DNA of 64,000 nt from assembly GCA_030390025.1 (NCBI GenBank), contig CM059425.1, forward strand, positions 137,394,001-137,458,000, given 5' to 3'. Below the pieces are notes generated by a model. It was not told the origin of the DNA and made no database searches. It saw nothing but the letters and a program-made list of their open reading frames with translations. How positions within the stretch are numbered: the stretch's first letter is position 1; every line of letters begins with the position of its first letter. The position numbers were made by a program, and so were the translations under genes. This document shows, piece after piece, positions 23,965 to 37,361 of the stretch. The stretch comes from Squalus acanthias. Its lineage: Eukaryota.

Positions 23965-24696
23965 TCTAAAGGGTGTGCATGAACAGAGACACCTGGGGGT
24001 ATGTGTGCACAAATCGTTGAAGGTGGCAGGGCAGATTGAGAAAGCGGTTAAAAAAGCATACGGGATCGTGGGCTTCATAAATAGAGGCATAGAGTACAAA
24101 AGAAAGGAGGTTATAATGAACCTTTATAAAACACTGGTCCGGCCTCAACTGGAGCATTGTGTCCATTTCTGGGCACCGCACTTTAGGAAGGATGTGAAGG
24201 CCTTAGAGAGGGTGCAGAAAAGATTTATGAGAATGGTTCCAGGGATGAGGGAATTCAGTTATGTGGATAGACTGGAGAAGCCGGTTTTGTTCTTCTTGGA
24301 GCAGAGAAGGTTGAGAGGAGATTTGATAGAGGTGTTCAAAATCATGAGGGGTCTAGACAGAGTAGATAGAGAGAAACTTTTCCCATTGGTGGAAGGGTCG
24401 AAAACCAGAGGACGCAGATTTAAGGTGATTGGCAGAAGAACCAAAGGCGACATGAGGAAAACTCTTTTCCGCAGCAAGTGGTTATGATCTGGAATGCACT
24501 GCCGGAAAGTGTGGTGGAGGCAGATTCAATCGTGGCTTTCAAAAGAGAATTGGATAAGTACCTGAAGGAAAAACATTTTCAGGGCTACGGGGAAATGGCG
24601 GGGAGTGGGACTAGCTGAAGTGCTCTTGCAGAGAGCCGGCATGGGCTTGAAGGGCTGAATGGCCTCCTTCTATGCTGTAACCATTCTATGATTCTG
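23965..24696 (+). mobile_element. 5'-truncated CR1 LINE
   Basis: ORF 23975-24487 LYKTLVRPQLEHCVHFWAPH...RRLRGDLIEVFKI, with an (ATTCTATG)-type tail. Confidence 0.9.
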
Positions 24697-25110
24697 TGTT
24701 GCCTGGACTTTTATTTGATGTCCAAGCAGGCTCACTTGAAGATGAAACAGATTTTTTTTACAATTGCCAGACAATTCAGGTATTAATTATTTGTAACACT
24801 CAAGGAGGCAAGTTGTGAACTTTACAATCCTGTTTAGTATGAGTTCACTTCCCAAAGTCTATAAACTTACATACATTAACAACTCAAATTGGATTGACTC
24901 AGAGATCACATAATCTTCTGACACAATTAATTACTGAATATAGGCAGCATCATCAAATGAGAGAAACCTACCTGGCCAGATGAACCCCATGGAAAAACAG
25001 AAATCTCCAGACAGTTTTGTATATTAGCTGCTCCTTGGTGACCCAGATAAAAAAAACTCTTTCAAAGATATAGCTAATTTGAAGCCATTCTTTAATTTAC
25101 TTGACTCTAT

Positions 25111-25790
25111 GGGCTGGATTTTGTCTTTGGGTTGGGGTCGTGTAATCCGCATTTCGTGTTTCTCCCCTGACTCCAGATTAATGTGGATGCCTGATGGAAT
25201 TTTCACTTAATTGGGCAATTGAGTTGCAGCATATGGGAACCCATGAACTAATTACTGGTTTCAGTCTGAAATCCGCCTCTGATGATGTCACCTGCTCTCA
25301 GAGATTGTCTGGCTACTGATGAGAGAGGACCTGGATGCAAATGAATATATATGAAAGAGAGAGAGAGAGAGACTTTTTGCATCCAAGCCCTGTTACACCA
25401 AATGCCATTCAATGTAGCAGTATCAGAGGCGACTTTCACACCTAATACTACTATTACCTTCATCACATCTCCGTTGTAATAGTGGACTTGCAGCCGATAG
25501 TCAGCTATCCATTTGTGCTCCCGCCAGGTTTCACACCAGGCGTGCTTCACGTCAGAAAAGGGTTAAACTAGCTACAACGTTTCAAATTAGCATTACAGAC
25601 CCAATTTAGGGCTTGTTAAGGGCTTTAATGGCCTCTCCCGCCTCTTCGAGGCGGGATGGAGTCGGGAACCCCGCGACTGATTTTGTCAAAATTGCATGGA
25701 GTCGGGATGGGGTTGGAAACACCGACCCGGCAAATTTAACCCCCCACACGCCTCCAAACCCGACTCCATGGGTCATTCAAAATCCAGCCC
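25111..25790. mobile_element. PIF/Harbinger MITE
   Basis: Perfect 13-bp TIR GGGCTGGATTTTG, TSD TAT. Confidence 0.9.
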
Positions 25791-25819
25791 TATCTGTCTA
25801 AAGCCATATAAAATATATT

Positions 25820-27372
25820 GGGGGAAAAATTGGGCCAGTTAACGTCACCCGTTTGCGCTGGAATTCTGAAAAAAAATGGCAGCTGCCGCTCTAAAGCCCG
25901 CCTCTGGCGTGGGACTCGGCAGCCGCCATTTTGGTGAGGGCCATAGGGCTGCCGTTAGCAATGCTGGCCCTGGATATGCAAATCTGGAGAGTGTAACTCC
26001 ACGCTCTGCGAACTTGGACCTTAGCGATGAGTTTAGCGCTGGGTCCTAAGCTTGCTCTGTAAAGCAAGGGTGCAGCAGACTGACAGAGATGCTGTCAGCG
26101 CTTCTTAAAGGGGCACACACATCTTTCAGGTAAGTTTGCCTTTCAGCTTTTAGACTGGATTTTTTTTATTTTATTGAAGTAGTGGCTTGGTGCAATACAT
26201 GTTACAAGTTTTTAAAGTGTGCAGGGAGTGCTGCTGGATGCTTGCAAGGCCTCGGGTGGTAAAAGAAGGCCTCTGAGAAGTTAGAAAATGCTGAAAATAC
26301 TCAGCAGGTCAGGCAGCATCTGTGGAGAGAGGAATAGAGTTCACGTCTCAGGTCAAGATGCTGCCTGACCTGCTGAGTATTTCTAGCATTTTATGCTTTT
26401 ATTTCAGAATACCAGCATTTGCTCACAGAGGGAAGAGGAAAAAGCAGAAGAGGAGGAAGCGGAAGGAAGGATGCAACCCAGACAGCCTCTTTCTGGCTGG
26501 GATATCCGGAAAGGAATCATCCTCCTGTGGTAACAGTGACCACAACCCCAATTCCCCTTTCAACATTTGTCCCACACCTTACCTTCCCTCTGTTACTGAC
26601 CATCACAGCGTCCTCTTGGCCACAATGATGAAATAAAAGCCACCACAAAGCAAACTTTCCAATCCAACTTAATACATCTATCCATCCAATATGACATGAA
26701 GAAATCAACTAATCACCCTTGTGCATTCCCTGAGTGATTGTCTTGTGTGTGCCTTTGCCTATCCTACTGATGTCATGCAGTGCTACCCCAGTGGCTGCAG
26801 CATGGCTGGTGGAAGGCTGCTGACTTTCAGTGGGGGAGACTGCAGGTGGCCTTGCAGGACAACCTTGAGGAGCTGGTGGCTGGGAGCGTGAAATCGATTG
26901 ATGGCATTTCTTCTTCTTCTCCTTCACTCTCCTCTCCCTCTTCTTGGCCAACCACTGGCTGGGCAGGCTGCATTTCTTGGATGTGTGAAATGGGGAAGGC
27001 ACAAGGGTGGAGTTGTGGTGAGGGGAGGGCGGGAAAGCAAGAGGTGCATGCCAGAAGAAGAATAACATACGAGGATACCAGCATCTTGTATCCTTTCAGC
27101 CCCGCCACTGGCCAAAGGCTCAGCCATGCCCCGGCCAAGAATGGACAGTGCCGTCTCCTCCATGGGGGCGAGGTGAAGCTAGGAATGGGAGGTGTGCCTC
27201 ATGTTTGGTACAGATCGTTGGTAGGTGAGTGATTGGCGGGGGGGAGGGGGAGCTGTGCATTGAGAAGTGTGTGAGGCTGGTGGTGCAGCTGGTTTGAGAC
27301 AGCCTTTGAAGATTCATTCACTGGCCTTGACCACTGCCAGTTCACCGTCATTGGGACCACAAATTCCGGGCC
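25820..27372 (-). mobile_element. Harbinger deletion derivative with Myb-partner gene remnants
   Basis: GGGGGAAAAATTGG left end. Its interior is the reverse homolog of 61740-62350 and 63220-63500 (EETALSILGRGMAEPLASGG). Confidence 0.7.
26283..26422. mobile_element. Fold-back mini element derived from a PLE pLTR
   Basis: About 37-bp inverted repeat AAAATGCTGAAAATACTCAGCAGGTCAGGCAGCATCT / AGATGCTGCCTGACCTGCTGAGTATTTCTAGCATTTT, similar to 13460-13530. Confidence 0.75.
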
Positions 27373-28091
27373 AATATATAATGTAGAATCAATGTATTCA
27401 CATACACACACTTGGAGGGAAAAGGTTTAAGCAAGGAAAATAGTTCTCCCATTTATGAGTATACAATTAGTGTAAATGATGCATGATTAGTGGATTAAAT
27501 GTCATATAGCTAAATCAGTGGTGTCAGGCAGTGCCCTTTATCCCTGCAGTGAGTAAAAGAGCATCCCTTTCTGAAGGTTTCTTACAGTCACTTTCAAAAT
27601 GAGAGGCAGAATTCTATCATCACTTCTACCTCAACTAAGTTTATACAGTATTACTAGCTAAAAGAACAGCAATAAACCAGTGAATAGATATTTTACTGCT
27701 AATGAGCTGTGTAAGGCAATTACATGTAAATTTTCGCTTTAAGAAAATGTATGCATTAAATTGCCGTATGCTGAAACTGTGCTGCTAGAAGTAGTCAACA
27801 ATGATTGCTAACATTTTGTTATAGTTACCACAGAAAGTGTGGAGCTGTTGGGGAATACAAAAGGGGATCTGTGCCCCCCTCTCTCATTTTCCAATAATTT
27901 CAGATAAGCTAAAAAAAACTCCATTAAAATAGAAATTAGATACATCTACTTTATCCCTCTCCCCTTTAAGTTCCTTTTTATGCCAGACATGATTATTTGA
28001 CCAAGAGGCCAATAGTTAACTTGTCCCTAGGTCTCTTTAACTGCTGCTTTGCAATTGGCTACCAAGATGTATGCAACTGTACAGAATCATA

Positions 28092-28957
28092 GGGCTGGAT
28101 TTTACTAGCCCTGAGGAGGTGGGTCTGGAGGTGGGACTGCTGGGAAAATCCCCAAAATGGGAGCGTGTCCCAAACCCGCAACCAACCCGCCTCCAACCAA
28201 TCTTCCCGGGAGTCGGGTCCCCGATTTGCGCAGGGACCCGATTCCTAGTGGCGGGAAGAGGATTATAGCCACTTAACTGCCTGTTAACAGTTAGTTAACC
28301 GGCAGCTAAGAGGCTTTTTCCAATTTTTCGACTGCTGCTGCGGGCTTCCCGGTGTCGGGGAACCCCGCCAGGGTAAGTGAGGCGTGCTGTGGGTCTGTTG
28401 TTATGTTGGTGTTTGGATGACAGTTGCAGAAGTGGTGTGAAGGATGCAATTGGACACAGGTTAGTATCAGAGCTAAGAAAAAGTTGTGAAAGTAATTTTT
28501 AATGTGGTTAGATGTTTCTGCAGGTGACAAGCTGTGAAGTGTTTGTGTGGGCTCATCTCATCGGGAGAAGTGACAGATGGCTTCTGCAATCTCAGCTACA
28601 GCTGCCATCTGTTTTATCCTAAGGAGAGAGTCATTGGAGAGTCTGGGTACAAGGGCTCACCTTTGGACAGTGATTGTCAGTGTTTGACAGCACCTCAATG
28701 CTGTCAAACACTGTCAAAGCATCTGTCAAACAAGTGTAGTGCATATGCCTTTAAGAAAACCGGCAGATGACGCGTCATCAACTGATGTCATTTGACACCG
28801 GCTTTCCCTTAATTGCCTGGCAATCCCGCAGGGTGGGCTTAACAAGGCCAATCAGGGCAAAATAGAATTTATTCATCAGACGTTGCTGGGGGCGGGACTA
28901 GAACCCGGAATGCAGCAGTCCCGCCCCCAACGTGTCTCGGTGAGTAAAATCCAACCC
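28092..28957. mobile_element. PIF/Harbinger MITE
   Basis: TIRs GGGCTGGATTTTACT / AGTAAAATCCAACCC, TSD ATA. Confidence 0.88.
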
Positions 28958-28960
28958 ATA

Positions 28961-29953
28961 GATTCAGAAATTTACAGCACAGAAGGAGGCCATTTGGCCC
29001 ATTGTGTCTGTACCGGCCGAAAAAGAGCTATCCAGCCGAATCCCACTTTCCAGCTCTTGGTCCATAGCCTTGTAGGTTACGGTACTTCAGGTGCATATCC
29101 AAGTACTTTTGAAATGCGATGAGGGTTTCTGCCTCTACCCCTTTCAGGCACTGAGTACATGACGCCCACCACCTTCTGGGTGAAAACATTCTCCTCAACT
29201 CCTTGCTAATTCTTCTACCAATTACTTTAAATCTATACCCCCTGGTTATTGACCTCTCAGCTAAGGGAAATATATCCTTCCAGTCCACTCTATCTAGGCC
29301 CCTCATAATTTAATACACCTCAATTAAGTCTTCCCTCTGTTCCAAAGAAAACACCCCAGCCTATCCAATCTGTCTTCATAGCTAAAATTTTACAGTCCTG
29401 GCAACATCCTCGTAATTCTCCTCTGTACCCTCTCTAGCAATTACATCTTTCCTGTAATGTGATGAACAGAACTGCACACAGTACTCTAGCTGTGGCCTAA
29501 CTAGTGTTTTATACAGTTCAAGCATAACCTCCCTGCTCTTGTATTCTATGCCTTGGCTAATAAAGGAAAATATCCCGTATGCCTTCTTAACCACCTTATC
29601 TACCTGTCCTGCTATCTTCAGGGATCTGTGGACATACACTCCAAGGTCCCTCTATCCTCTACACTTCTCAGTATCCTACCCTTGCCTTGTTAGCCCTCCC
29701 CAAATGCATTACCTCACACTTCTCCGGATTGAATTCCATTTGTCACTTTTCTGCCCACCTGACCAGTCCATTGATACCTTCCTGCAGTCTACAGCTTTCT
29801 TCCTCACTATCAACCACACGGACAATTTTTGTATCATCTACAAACTTCTTAATCATGCCCCCTACATTGAAGTCTAAATCATTGATATATACCACAAAAA
29901 GCAAGGGACCTAGTACTGAGCCCTGCGGAACCCCACTGGAAACAGCCTTCCAG
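28961..29953 (-). mobile_element. 5'-truncated CR1 LINE
   Basis: ORFs 29382-29639 (LYKTLVRPQLEYCVQF) and 29028-29306. Confidence 0.88.
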
Positions 29954-30194
29954 TCAGCTTTACCATGTCTTCAGCTCTCTCTGCAAATCAGCTGGACCAG
30001 AAGCTTTTGATTGAGACTTCTATAGCTTAATTTATTAAGGAACATTTAACAACATTGGCTGCAAGCAGATACCATAAAATACCAAATTTTGACTGTTGTT
30101 AAAGATAAACAGTTAATTTACATCAAGGGGAAGAGGCCAAGATCCACGGAGACTCCACCCTTAACGTATGGACAGCCTCACAACTCTAAGTAGG

Positions 30195-30640
30195 CTTGTT
30201 GTCAGTGGTTGGACTCTTGCCTTTGTGTCAGCAGGTTGTGGGTTCAAGCCCCCACTCCAGGCCTTGAACACGTAAACTAGGCTGACATTACAGTGTATTA
30301 CAGAGGGAGTGCTGTGCTGTTGTAGGTGACATCATTCAAATGAGAAATTACATCAAAGCCCTCCACTGAGTTGGGTGTAAAAGATCTTTGGTACTATTCG
30401 AAGAAGAGCAGAGGAGCTTTCCCTGGTGTCCTGGCCAATATTTATCCCTCAACCAACATCTCTAAAACAGATTACTTGGTCATTATCACACTACTGTTGT
30501 GGAACCTTGCTGTGTGCAAATTGGCTGCCATGTTTCCTATATTAAAACAGTGATGACACTTCAAAAGTATTTCATTGGTTGTAAAGCATTTTGGGATAGC
30601 CTGCGATTGTGAAAACGATATAAATGTAAGTTTTTTCTTT
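30195..30640 (+). mobile_element. Deu-domain tRNA SINE
   Basis: B box GGTTCAAGCCC. Homologous to 15026-15441. Confidence 0.75.
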
Positions 30641-31099
30641 CTTTTTGTTGAATTCTTTGGAAGAGGCATTGGAGAGCTTCTTGGAAAAGTGTTCCCTATT
30701 AAAACAAAAAGGAATGTATAATAATGAAATCAGAATCAAATGTATAACATGGACAGGCTCGACATAGCCATAATTCATAGGGAATTTGGGAAATTATGAT
30801 TGAGCATTACATCTGATAGAAGGTCCAGTTTTCCACACATTCCTCCTTGATCCATTGTCTTCACCGGCAATTAATTTCCTTCAGGCAACAAAAAAATCAT
30901 TCCTTGTAATAGAGAGCAATAGCCCTATAAGTCCTGCTGTCTCACTGGATTTCCTGCTCTCTTCCCTGCTCTCTGTGCCCTCTTTCCATATATAGAGAGC
31001 CTGTTAAAATTAGAGAAGGGACAAAATTCAGTGAGGTTTGCACAGCGACACCCATGCCATAGGTGATTGATTATTAGACATCTTCAGTGGAAGAGTCAA

Positions 31100-31385
31100 C
31101 CACATCCTCACCTCTGAGTCAGAAGGTTGTGGGTTCAAGTCCCACTCCAGAGACTTGAGCACAAAATCTAGGCTGACACTCCAGTACAGTACTGAGGAAG
31201 AGCTACACTTTTGGAGGTGCCGTCTTTTGGACGAGACGTCTCTGGTGGAAGTAAAATATCCCATGGCACTATTCAAAGAAGAGCAGGGAAGTTCTCTCCA
31301 GTGCCCTGGCCAATATTTATCACTCAACCAATATCATTAAAACAGATCAAGTGGTCATTATCACATTGTTGTTTGTGGGAGTCAA
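31100..31385 (+). mobile_element. Deu-domain tRNA SINE, 3'-truncated
   Basis: CTCTGAGTCAGAAGGTTGTGGGTTCAAGTCCCACTCCAGAGACTTGAGCAC...CCTGGCCAATATTTATC. Confidence 0.78.
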
Positions 31386-31939
31386 GTGTTAGCCAGGCCA
31401 GGTAGGGGCAGCTTCCCCATACAATCCGCTTTCATGGTCATTTTTTTATTGAAATCAATTTTACAACTAGCCATGGAATCTGAACACCCAACCTCTGTGT
31501 GGGTAGCTAGTCCCATATTCTAACCACTTCATTACTGCATATTATCTGAATGGGTGTATTCTGGCTTCCACAAAATACTTTCCAGCCTGTAGAAAATGGA
31601 CTTTGCACCCAACCACGTTCCATATGTCCATTCATACCCAAAGTTCATATTCCTCTCATAATAGCTAGTGCAAGCTCCCCATCTGAAACATGCCATGGCA
31701 AGTAGCCAAATGTTGAATATTAAAAATATATGAAGAAAAATTATTTGATGTTAAAAATAATTGGATGAAACCATGTATCTCGATGGGGGAGAACACAGTG
31801 GAGGAAACACAAATGTAGAGACAGGATACATTTGGGTTTCTGGGTAAGTGAAGGAGAGTGCAGGATATGAACCTATTTGATGAACAGTGATGTACAGATG
31901 ATGCTGCATGAAGTGGCTACAAGGGCCCTGTTTGACATT

Positions 31940-32315
31940 CCCAAAATGATACCAGGGTTTAGAGGGTTAAATTATGAGGATAGGTTGCATAAACCTGGCT
32001 TGTATTCGCTTGAGTACAGAAGATGGACAGGAGATCTGAGCAAGGTGTTTAAAATGTTAGAAGGATTCAATAGGGCAGATGCAGAGAAACTATTTCCTTT
32101 GATGGGGGAATCAAGAATGAGAGGACGTCATCTTAAAATTAGAGCTGAGCCATTTAGGAAGGAAATCAGGAAGCACTTTTTCCACACAAAGAGTAGTAGA
32201 AATCTGGAATTCTCTCCCCCAAAAGGTTGTGGATACTGGGATAACTGTAGCTTTCAAGACTGAGATCGATAGATTTTTGTTAGGTAAGGGAATCAAGGGA
32301 TGTGGAGCTGAAGTA
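31940..32315 (+). mobile_element. CR1 LINE 3' fragment
   Basis: GLNYEDRLHKPGLYSLEYRRWTGDL in ORF 31877-32263. Confidence 0.8.
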
Positions 32316-32614
32316 AACAGGTTGTTGACTTGCTGTTGTCAATTTTGTGCTACTGCCAAGACACATTTTAGCCTTCCTGTCTTCATGCTGCTTTAGTGAA
32401 GCTGGACATTAAAGTTCCTATGGTGCTATTTACAGAAGAACAGGAAGTTTTCCCACTACCTTGACCAGTATTGATCCCATGACTAACACTGACTGTTTGT
32501 AGGATCTTGCTGTCTGCAAAATGGTCGCTGTGTTGGATTACATAATAACAATCACTAAGCTCCAAAGTTAATTCATTGCATGTGATAAGGCACTATGCAA
32601 ACTTAAGTCTGTTT

Positions 32615-33507
32615 GGGGGAAAAATTCAGTTGGTTGCGCCTCCCGTTAGCGCCTTAAGAGGGCGCTAATGGGGCGCAAAGCAACTAGCGCCCGGGCGCAG
32701 CGATGTTTACGCCGCTCGCAAAATTAAGTAGACATTTTGCGGCGGCGCTAAACACTACCGCCACGATCTCCTGCGCCGGCAGATCGTGACGTCAGTAGAG
32801 TGCGCAATGCCCCGGTAGCACCCCAGAGCGGATATTGAGTGGCGCCCCCTGCCTTACCGCCTGCCGCTAGCAACGACAGGTTGAGGGGAGCATTTTGCAG
32901 TCAGGAAGGGACTGGGGGAGCGCTATTTAAAGGCGACCGCTTCCTGCCTTTTTTTGTTGGTGACAGTTTTGAACCACGCATTCTGAAAGAGAGAAAGAGG
33001 GACTTCTGGAGAAATTCAACGCTGTGTGAAGGAGTTTTGGGTACTGTGCAGCACTTTGCAGGTTCATTTTGATTTGCCCTACCTTGTATCGATTTAGAAG
33101 AGACTTTGGGGGTTGCACTCTGAGCTCTTTCCCTGGGTCTCTCCATTGTTCTTTCCAGCAGATTTGATGTACAGGTCTCTCCAGGCCGAGATTCAAGGCT
33201 GCAATGAGCAGGATGTAGATGGAAAGCAAGATCAACCCTCCCCTTTAAGAACTGGCTGGCGCCATTGTGTCTGAGTTCCATTGCTGACTGACATCACATG
33301 AGCTTCGCCAGCGCTCTGAGTTAGCGCCTCGCTCCTCAGCCTTTGCGCCTTAAGACAGATGTGTAGCGCCTGATTTAGCGCTCCCATCACCTCCAGGGGC
33401 GATAAAAGTCAAGTTTGCAGTCGGAGGCGATAATTAGCGCCAGACGCTAATCTTTGCGCCCGGCCGATAATTGCGCCCCAAATGGGGCGATACTGAATTT
33501 TTCCCCC
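32615..33507. mobile_element. PIF/Harbinger MITE
   Basis: Perfect 16-bp TIR GGGGGAAAAATTCAGT, TSD TTT. The right two thirds recur at 57805-58391. Confidence 0.9.
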
Positions 33508-34854
33508 TTTGTCTTTTGCATTGACTATGACTGCAATATCGCAAGACCATTGATAAACAAGCCCTTGAGCATGTACAAAGATTTGGGAATCATGTATTAT
33601 AGCTGTAACTGTGTAGATTTTTGTAAGAAACTGTATAGATAGAAACAGGACAAAGAATTGTTTTAGAGGTGTGATAGCAAGCTGCAAGTGGATGTACTTT
33701 TTTGGCCATTGAATTTGTGATGGAAATGCTTGGTCAAAACTAAAAAGTGACAAATCTCATCAATAAAGCAGTAATGTTTATTTTGTTAACCTACCCTTTA
33801 TGTAGTGAACATTGGTAAACACATTGAACAGAGTATTTTGCACCTGTTGCTGTTTTCTAACGTTACAATCAGCATGGAATCCCAATCCTACAGGAATCCA
33901 ATACTTCACCAGGTGCACTTGATGCTTGTTAACTGAGTCATCTGTATAATTTCTATTTAATTGGTAGGGATGTTCATGGTGTAGGAAGCTGCAAAGAAAA
34001 AACTATGAAATTGACCTATTTTATACAACAACTTTTTTCATATATAGTGAGCTGAGAATTGGTCAAGGGACATTAAAGGTAGCTATCAGTAATCTTATGT
34101 TGATTGACCATAAATTACATAATACAGAACAATATTGACAAAACAAGTCTGGTTAACATCTTCATTGAACAAATTAATTCTAGCGCCTATATATTTGAGA
34201 ATAGATTTATAAATATGTGAGGTAAAATAATCAGTAACTTCCTTATTTTAAAAGGTTATGTAAAAACTGTATAAATTATACTGATTTAGGAGTCACATCC
34301 TCATACTTAAGACCTAGAAACTTTCAGTGCTTACGCATCAGATTTTGCAGTGATCTTGAGCAAGGGACTTTCAAGGTGGCAGTCATCAAATTGATCTTGA
34401 AGATGGTAATCAGTACCCTCTGGTAAGATGTGATAGACAATTTATAAGACCATTTGGAAGGAATGAGATTTCCTTGGTGATGGCAATAATACACATTAAA
34501 TACAAGCAAAAATTAAATCATTATTTTATAACACTAAATGATTTCACGTTTGTTGTATTAATAGAACGTAGACTAAAAAGCAGTTGAAGATCCTATTTGC
34601 CTACATGATGTCCTTAAATCACAAATTATCTGTAAATTATCTTATTCTTTTATCATTTAGAATAAACTGGATATTTTGGTATATTCCATTGCATATCCTC
34701 CAAGCACAACATAGGTTACAAACTTTTTGAAGTGGGGCTCAACCCTACATATTTTTATTTCAAAAATTACTTACCATGGACAAGGTAGCAACTGCCACAG
34801 AGCAGAATACAACTAAAAAAGATGTAATAGAAGAACGGATCTGGTCACGGTATA

Positions 34855-35290
34855 GAAAGAATGAATAAATTTGCACTTATATAGCATCTTCCATCTTTTC
34901 AATGCTCCAAAGCCATTCACTGCCAATAAAGTAATTCTGAAGTGTAGTCATTTTGTAGGAAATGCAGCAGAAAAGTTGCACAGGACGGTCGTCTAAACAG
35001 CAAATGAGGTAAGTGACCTGTTAATCTGCTTTGTTGATGTTGGATGAGGGATGAATGTTAGTTAGGACGCCAGGCGAATGCGCCACTCTTTTTCAAATAG
35101 TGCCATACCTGAACAGGCAGATGGGGCTTGGTTTAATGTTTAATCTAAAAAATGACACCTCTTGACAATGCAGCAGTCCTCCAGTATTGCGCTTAAGTGT
35201 CAGCCTAGATTAAATAGTAAAGCCCTACAGCAGGGCTTAAACTAACAACCTTCTGACTCATAGGCAAAAGTAATACCAATTGAGCTAAGG
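34855..35290 (-). mobile_element. Deu-domain tRNA SINE, diverged
   Basis: Colinear with 15026-15441. Confidence 0.7.
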
Positions 35291-35369
35291 TGATACTTAA
35301 TATGTAGCAGTATTGTAAGTGCATTCAAAAACAACTAGTTAATAATGATGCTGCAGTCTGTACGGAGTT

Positions 35370-35520
35370 AGCTGACTTTTCCCTTCACTATGTTTGGTAC
35401 GGAGACCAATTGCAGTGCCCCTACCACGGTTGCATCTGAGATGAGTTGACTCAGTCCAGACCAGTGACTGATCCTGGTGCCTTTCCAACCTGTATGACTC
35501 AGTACAACTCTGAGTATTGC
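35370..35520 (-). mobile_element. Ancient tRNA-SINE fragment (AmnSINE2-like)
   Basis: Minus strand GTACTGAGTCATACAG..GGTCTGGACTGAGTCAACTCATCTCAG..GTAGGGGCACTGCAATTGG. The resemblance is from recall only. Confidence 0.35.
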
Positions 35521-37361
35521 ACTGATATTTATTTTAATACTTTTTTCCTTAAAATATTTGTAAGATGATAAAATTACAAAATAGGATGAGATCATACTTA
35601 AATCCTACCTTGGGCAAAAATAACAAGTATATGATTGATATGAATACACAGCTAAAAATAATTTTGTTTCCCAATTTCTGCTGACTGATCACATAATGAC
35701 TTTTGTGGAATTGACTGTTCCATGCCAGGTATAAATATTCAGCAACACAATACAAATTTGTGTCCAATAATTTTTATCTCGTCAATTAATCTACACAATC
35801 AAGAAGCATCACCGATAAAGCATTGTCATCGGTACTCGCATATGGGTTGTTTCTGATAAATCTCCCACTGGGAGGTTATTGCTTTTGCCAGAATGCTTTC
35901 TTTGTCATTATGCACAATTTAATGCTTCCTTCCTTGTAGGTGAGAATTTAGATTGCAGGAACTGCTGCCTGTAAGGGTAAAGATGAATCAATTACATCTT
36001 GAGCTAATATTATGATTCCAGTGACATCAATTTTATATCTGGAAATAAAGCACCCATTGGAACAGTGGGTCAATTCTGATCATGCCCCCTGCAGTCATAG
36101 GAGAGAAACCTGCCACAGAACAATGTAATGATTACTGTATTTAGAAAAGCATTTTTTTTTAGATATGTCATTAATCATATTCGTTCTTGTTATTCTTGTG
36201 CCACCATTTTCAATTTCTGAATTATTTTCATAGTGACTACTGTGCTTTCGACACATTTTCTGTGACAATGCTGGTTGCAATGAGTAATGTTTTGCCAAGT
36301 CCCAGTGATCACATATGTGGTTTCCTGTGTACAGTATAACTAATGAGGGTCCTATGTTCAGGGCAGGCTATGCTTTGAGGTTTCAAAAATAGTCAACTGT
36401 TTCTTGGCAAGTTGTGGAGCTAAGATATTGGTCATTAGATAGGTTAAAGATTTGGGGATTAAAAATATCAGTACTATGCTAGTCTTAAATAACTGCATCT
36501 CACAATTGTTATTGTTAGAATTTTGGCCTGGAAATTCTGTATCTTCTTTCCCTACGATCCTCCAAGAAGCACTTATCCTCCTATTAAAACAACATGGAAA
36601 TTAGTTGCTGCCAAGTAAAGCAAACAAAAATGTCTTTTATTAAAAAAAACCCTCGAGAATGTATCTTATGCAACAAAGAAAGTCTCAAAAACAACAAAAA
36701 AGGACACCCGAACACTGGTTCACCTACAAAGTTGATGCAGTTTTGCTTCCAGAATGCTCTTCAAATTGCTTTTTCATTCAATCCATTCATGTTTGATATG
36801 AAATTGCAACTGAAATTTACGTTTTGTTTAGTTGTATGCTATTCATAGGCAGGTAAATGTAGCTGAGATTGTAGATACAATTATCCTCTGATTGGACAGG
36901 CTAGTGGTGTTTTTTTTCTTCCTTAGGGGGCACCTTCACATTCATGCCTTGTCTATCATCAGGCAAGGCTACCAGCAATGTTGCAACAAGGTTAGCTACT
37001 GCTGGCAGGTCCAGTGCAGGTGAGCAGAGCATGTCAGAAAGTCTTTTTGTTTTCATTGCCAAATGTTTAAATGTATCCACGCTCACAACGAGAGACAAAT
37101 CGATCAGAGATAAGAGGGTTTGTGCTTCAGCTGAGTGGATTCTTGTCTCTTTCCTACAGTTTCTCTGCAACAATAGCATGCGCAATGATTATTTTATAAG
37201 TTTAATCGCAGTATCATATCTAATCTGCTTTTTATTCCTCACCAGTTTTCTCCTCTATCTTTCTCCTCTATCTTTTCCTGAAGGTGTTGGGTATGGTTGC
37301 ATGATTTCTGGTAGTCATGAGGTACCTTAATCAGGTGGCTATTATTCAGTTTTGAGCCTTG

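Noticed and set aside
32901..33281. ORF shared by two loci (also 57752-58165)
   Set aside because: It lies inside two copies of the same young MITE. The shared frame reflects copy identity, and I recognise no domain.
34770..34810. Minus-strand donor ATG/GTAAGT suggesting an exon
   Set aside because: It is an isolated signal with no supporting coding sequence.
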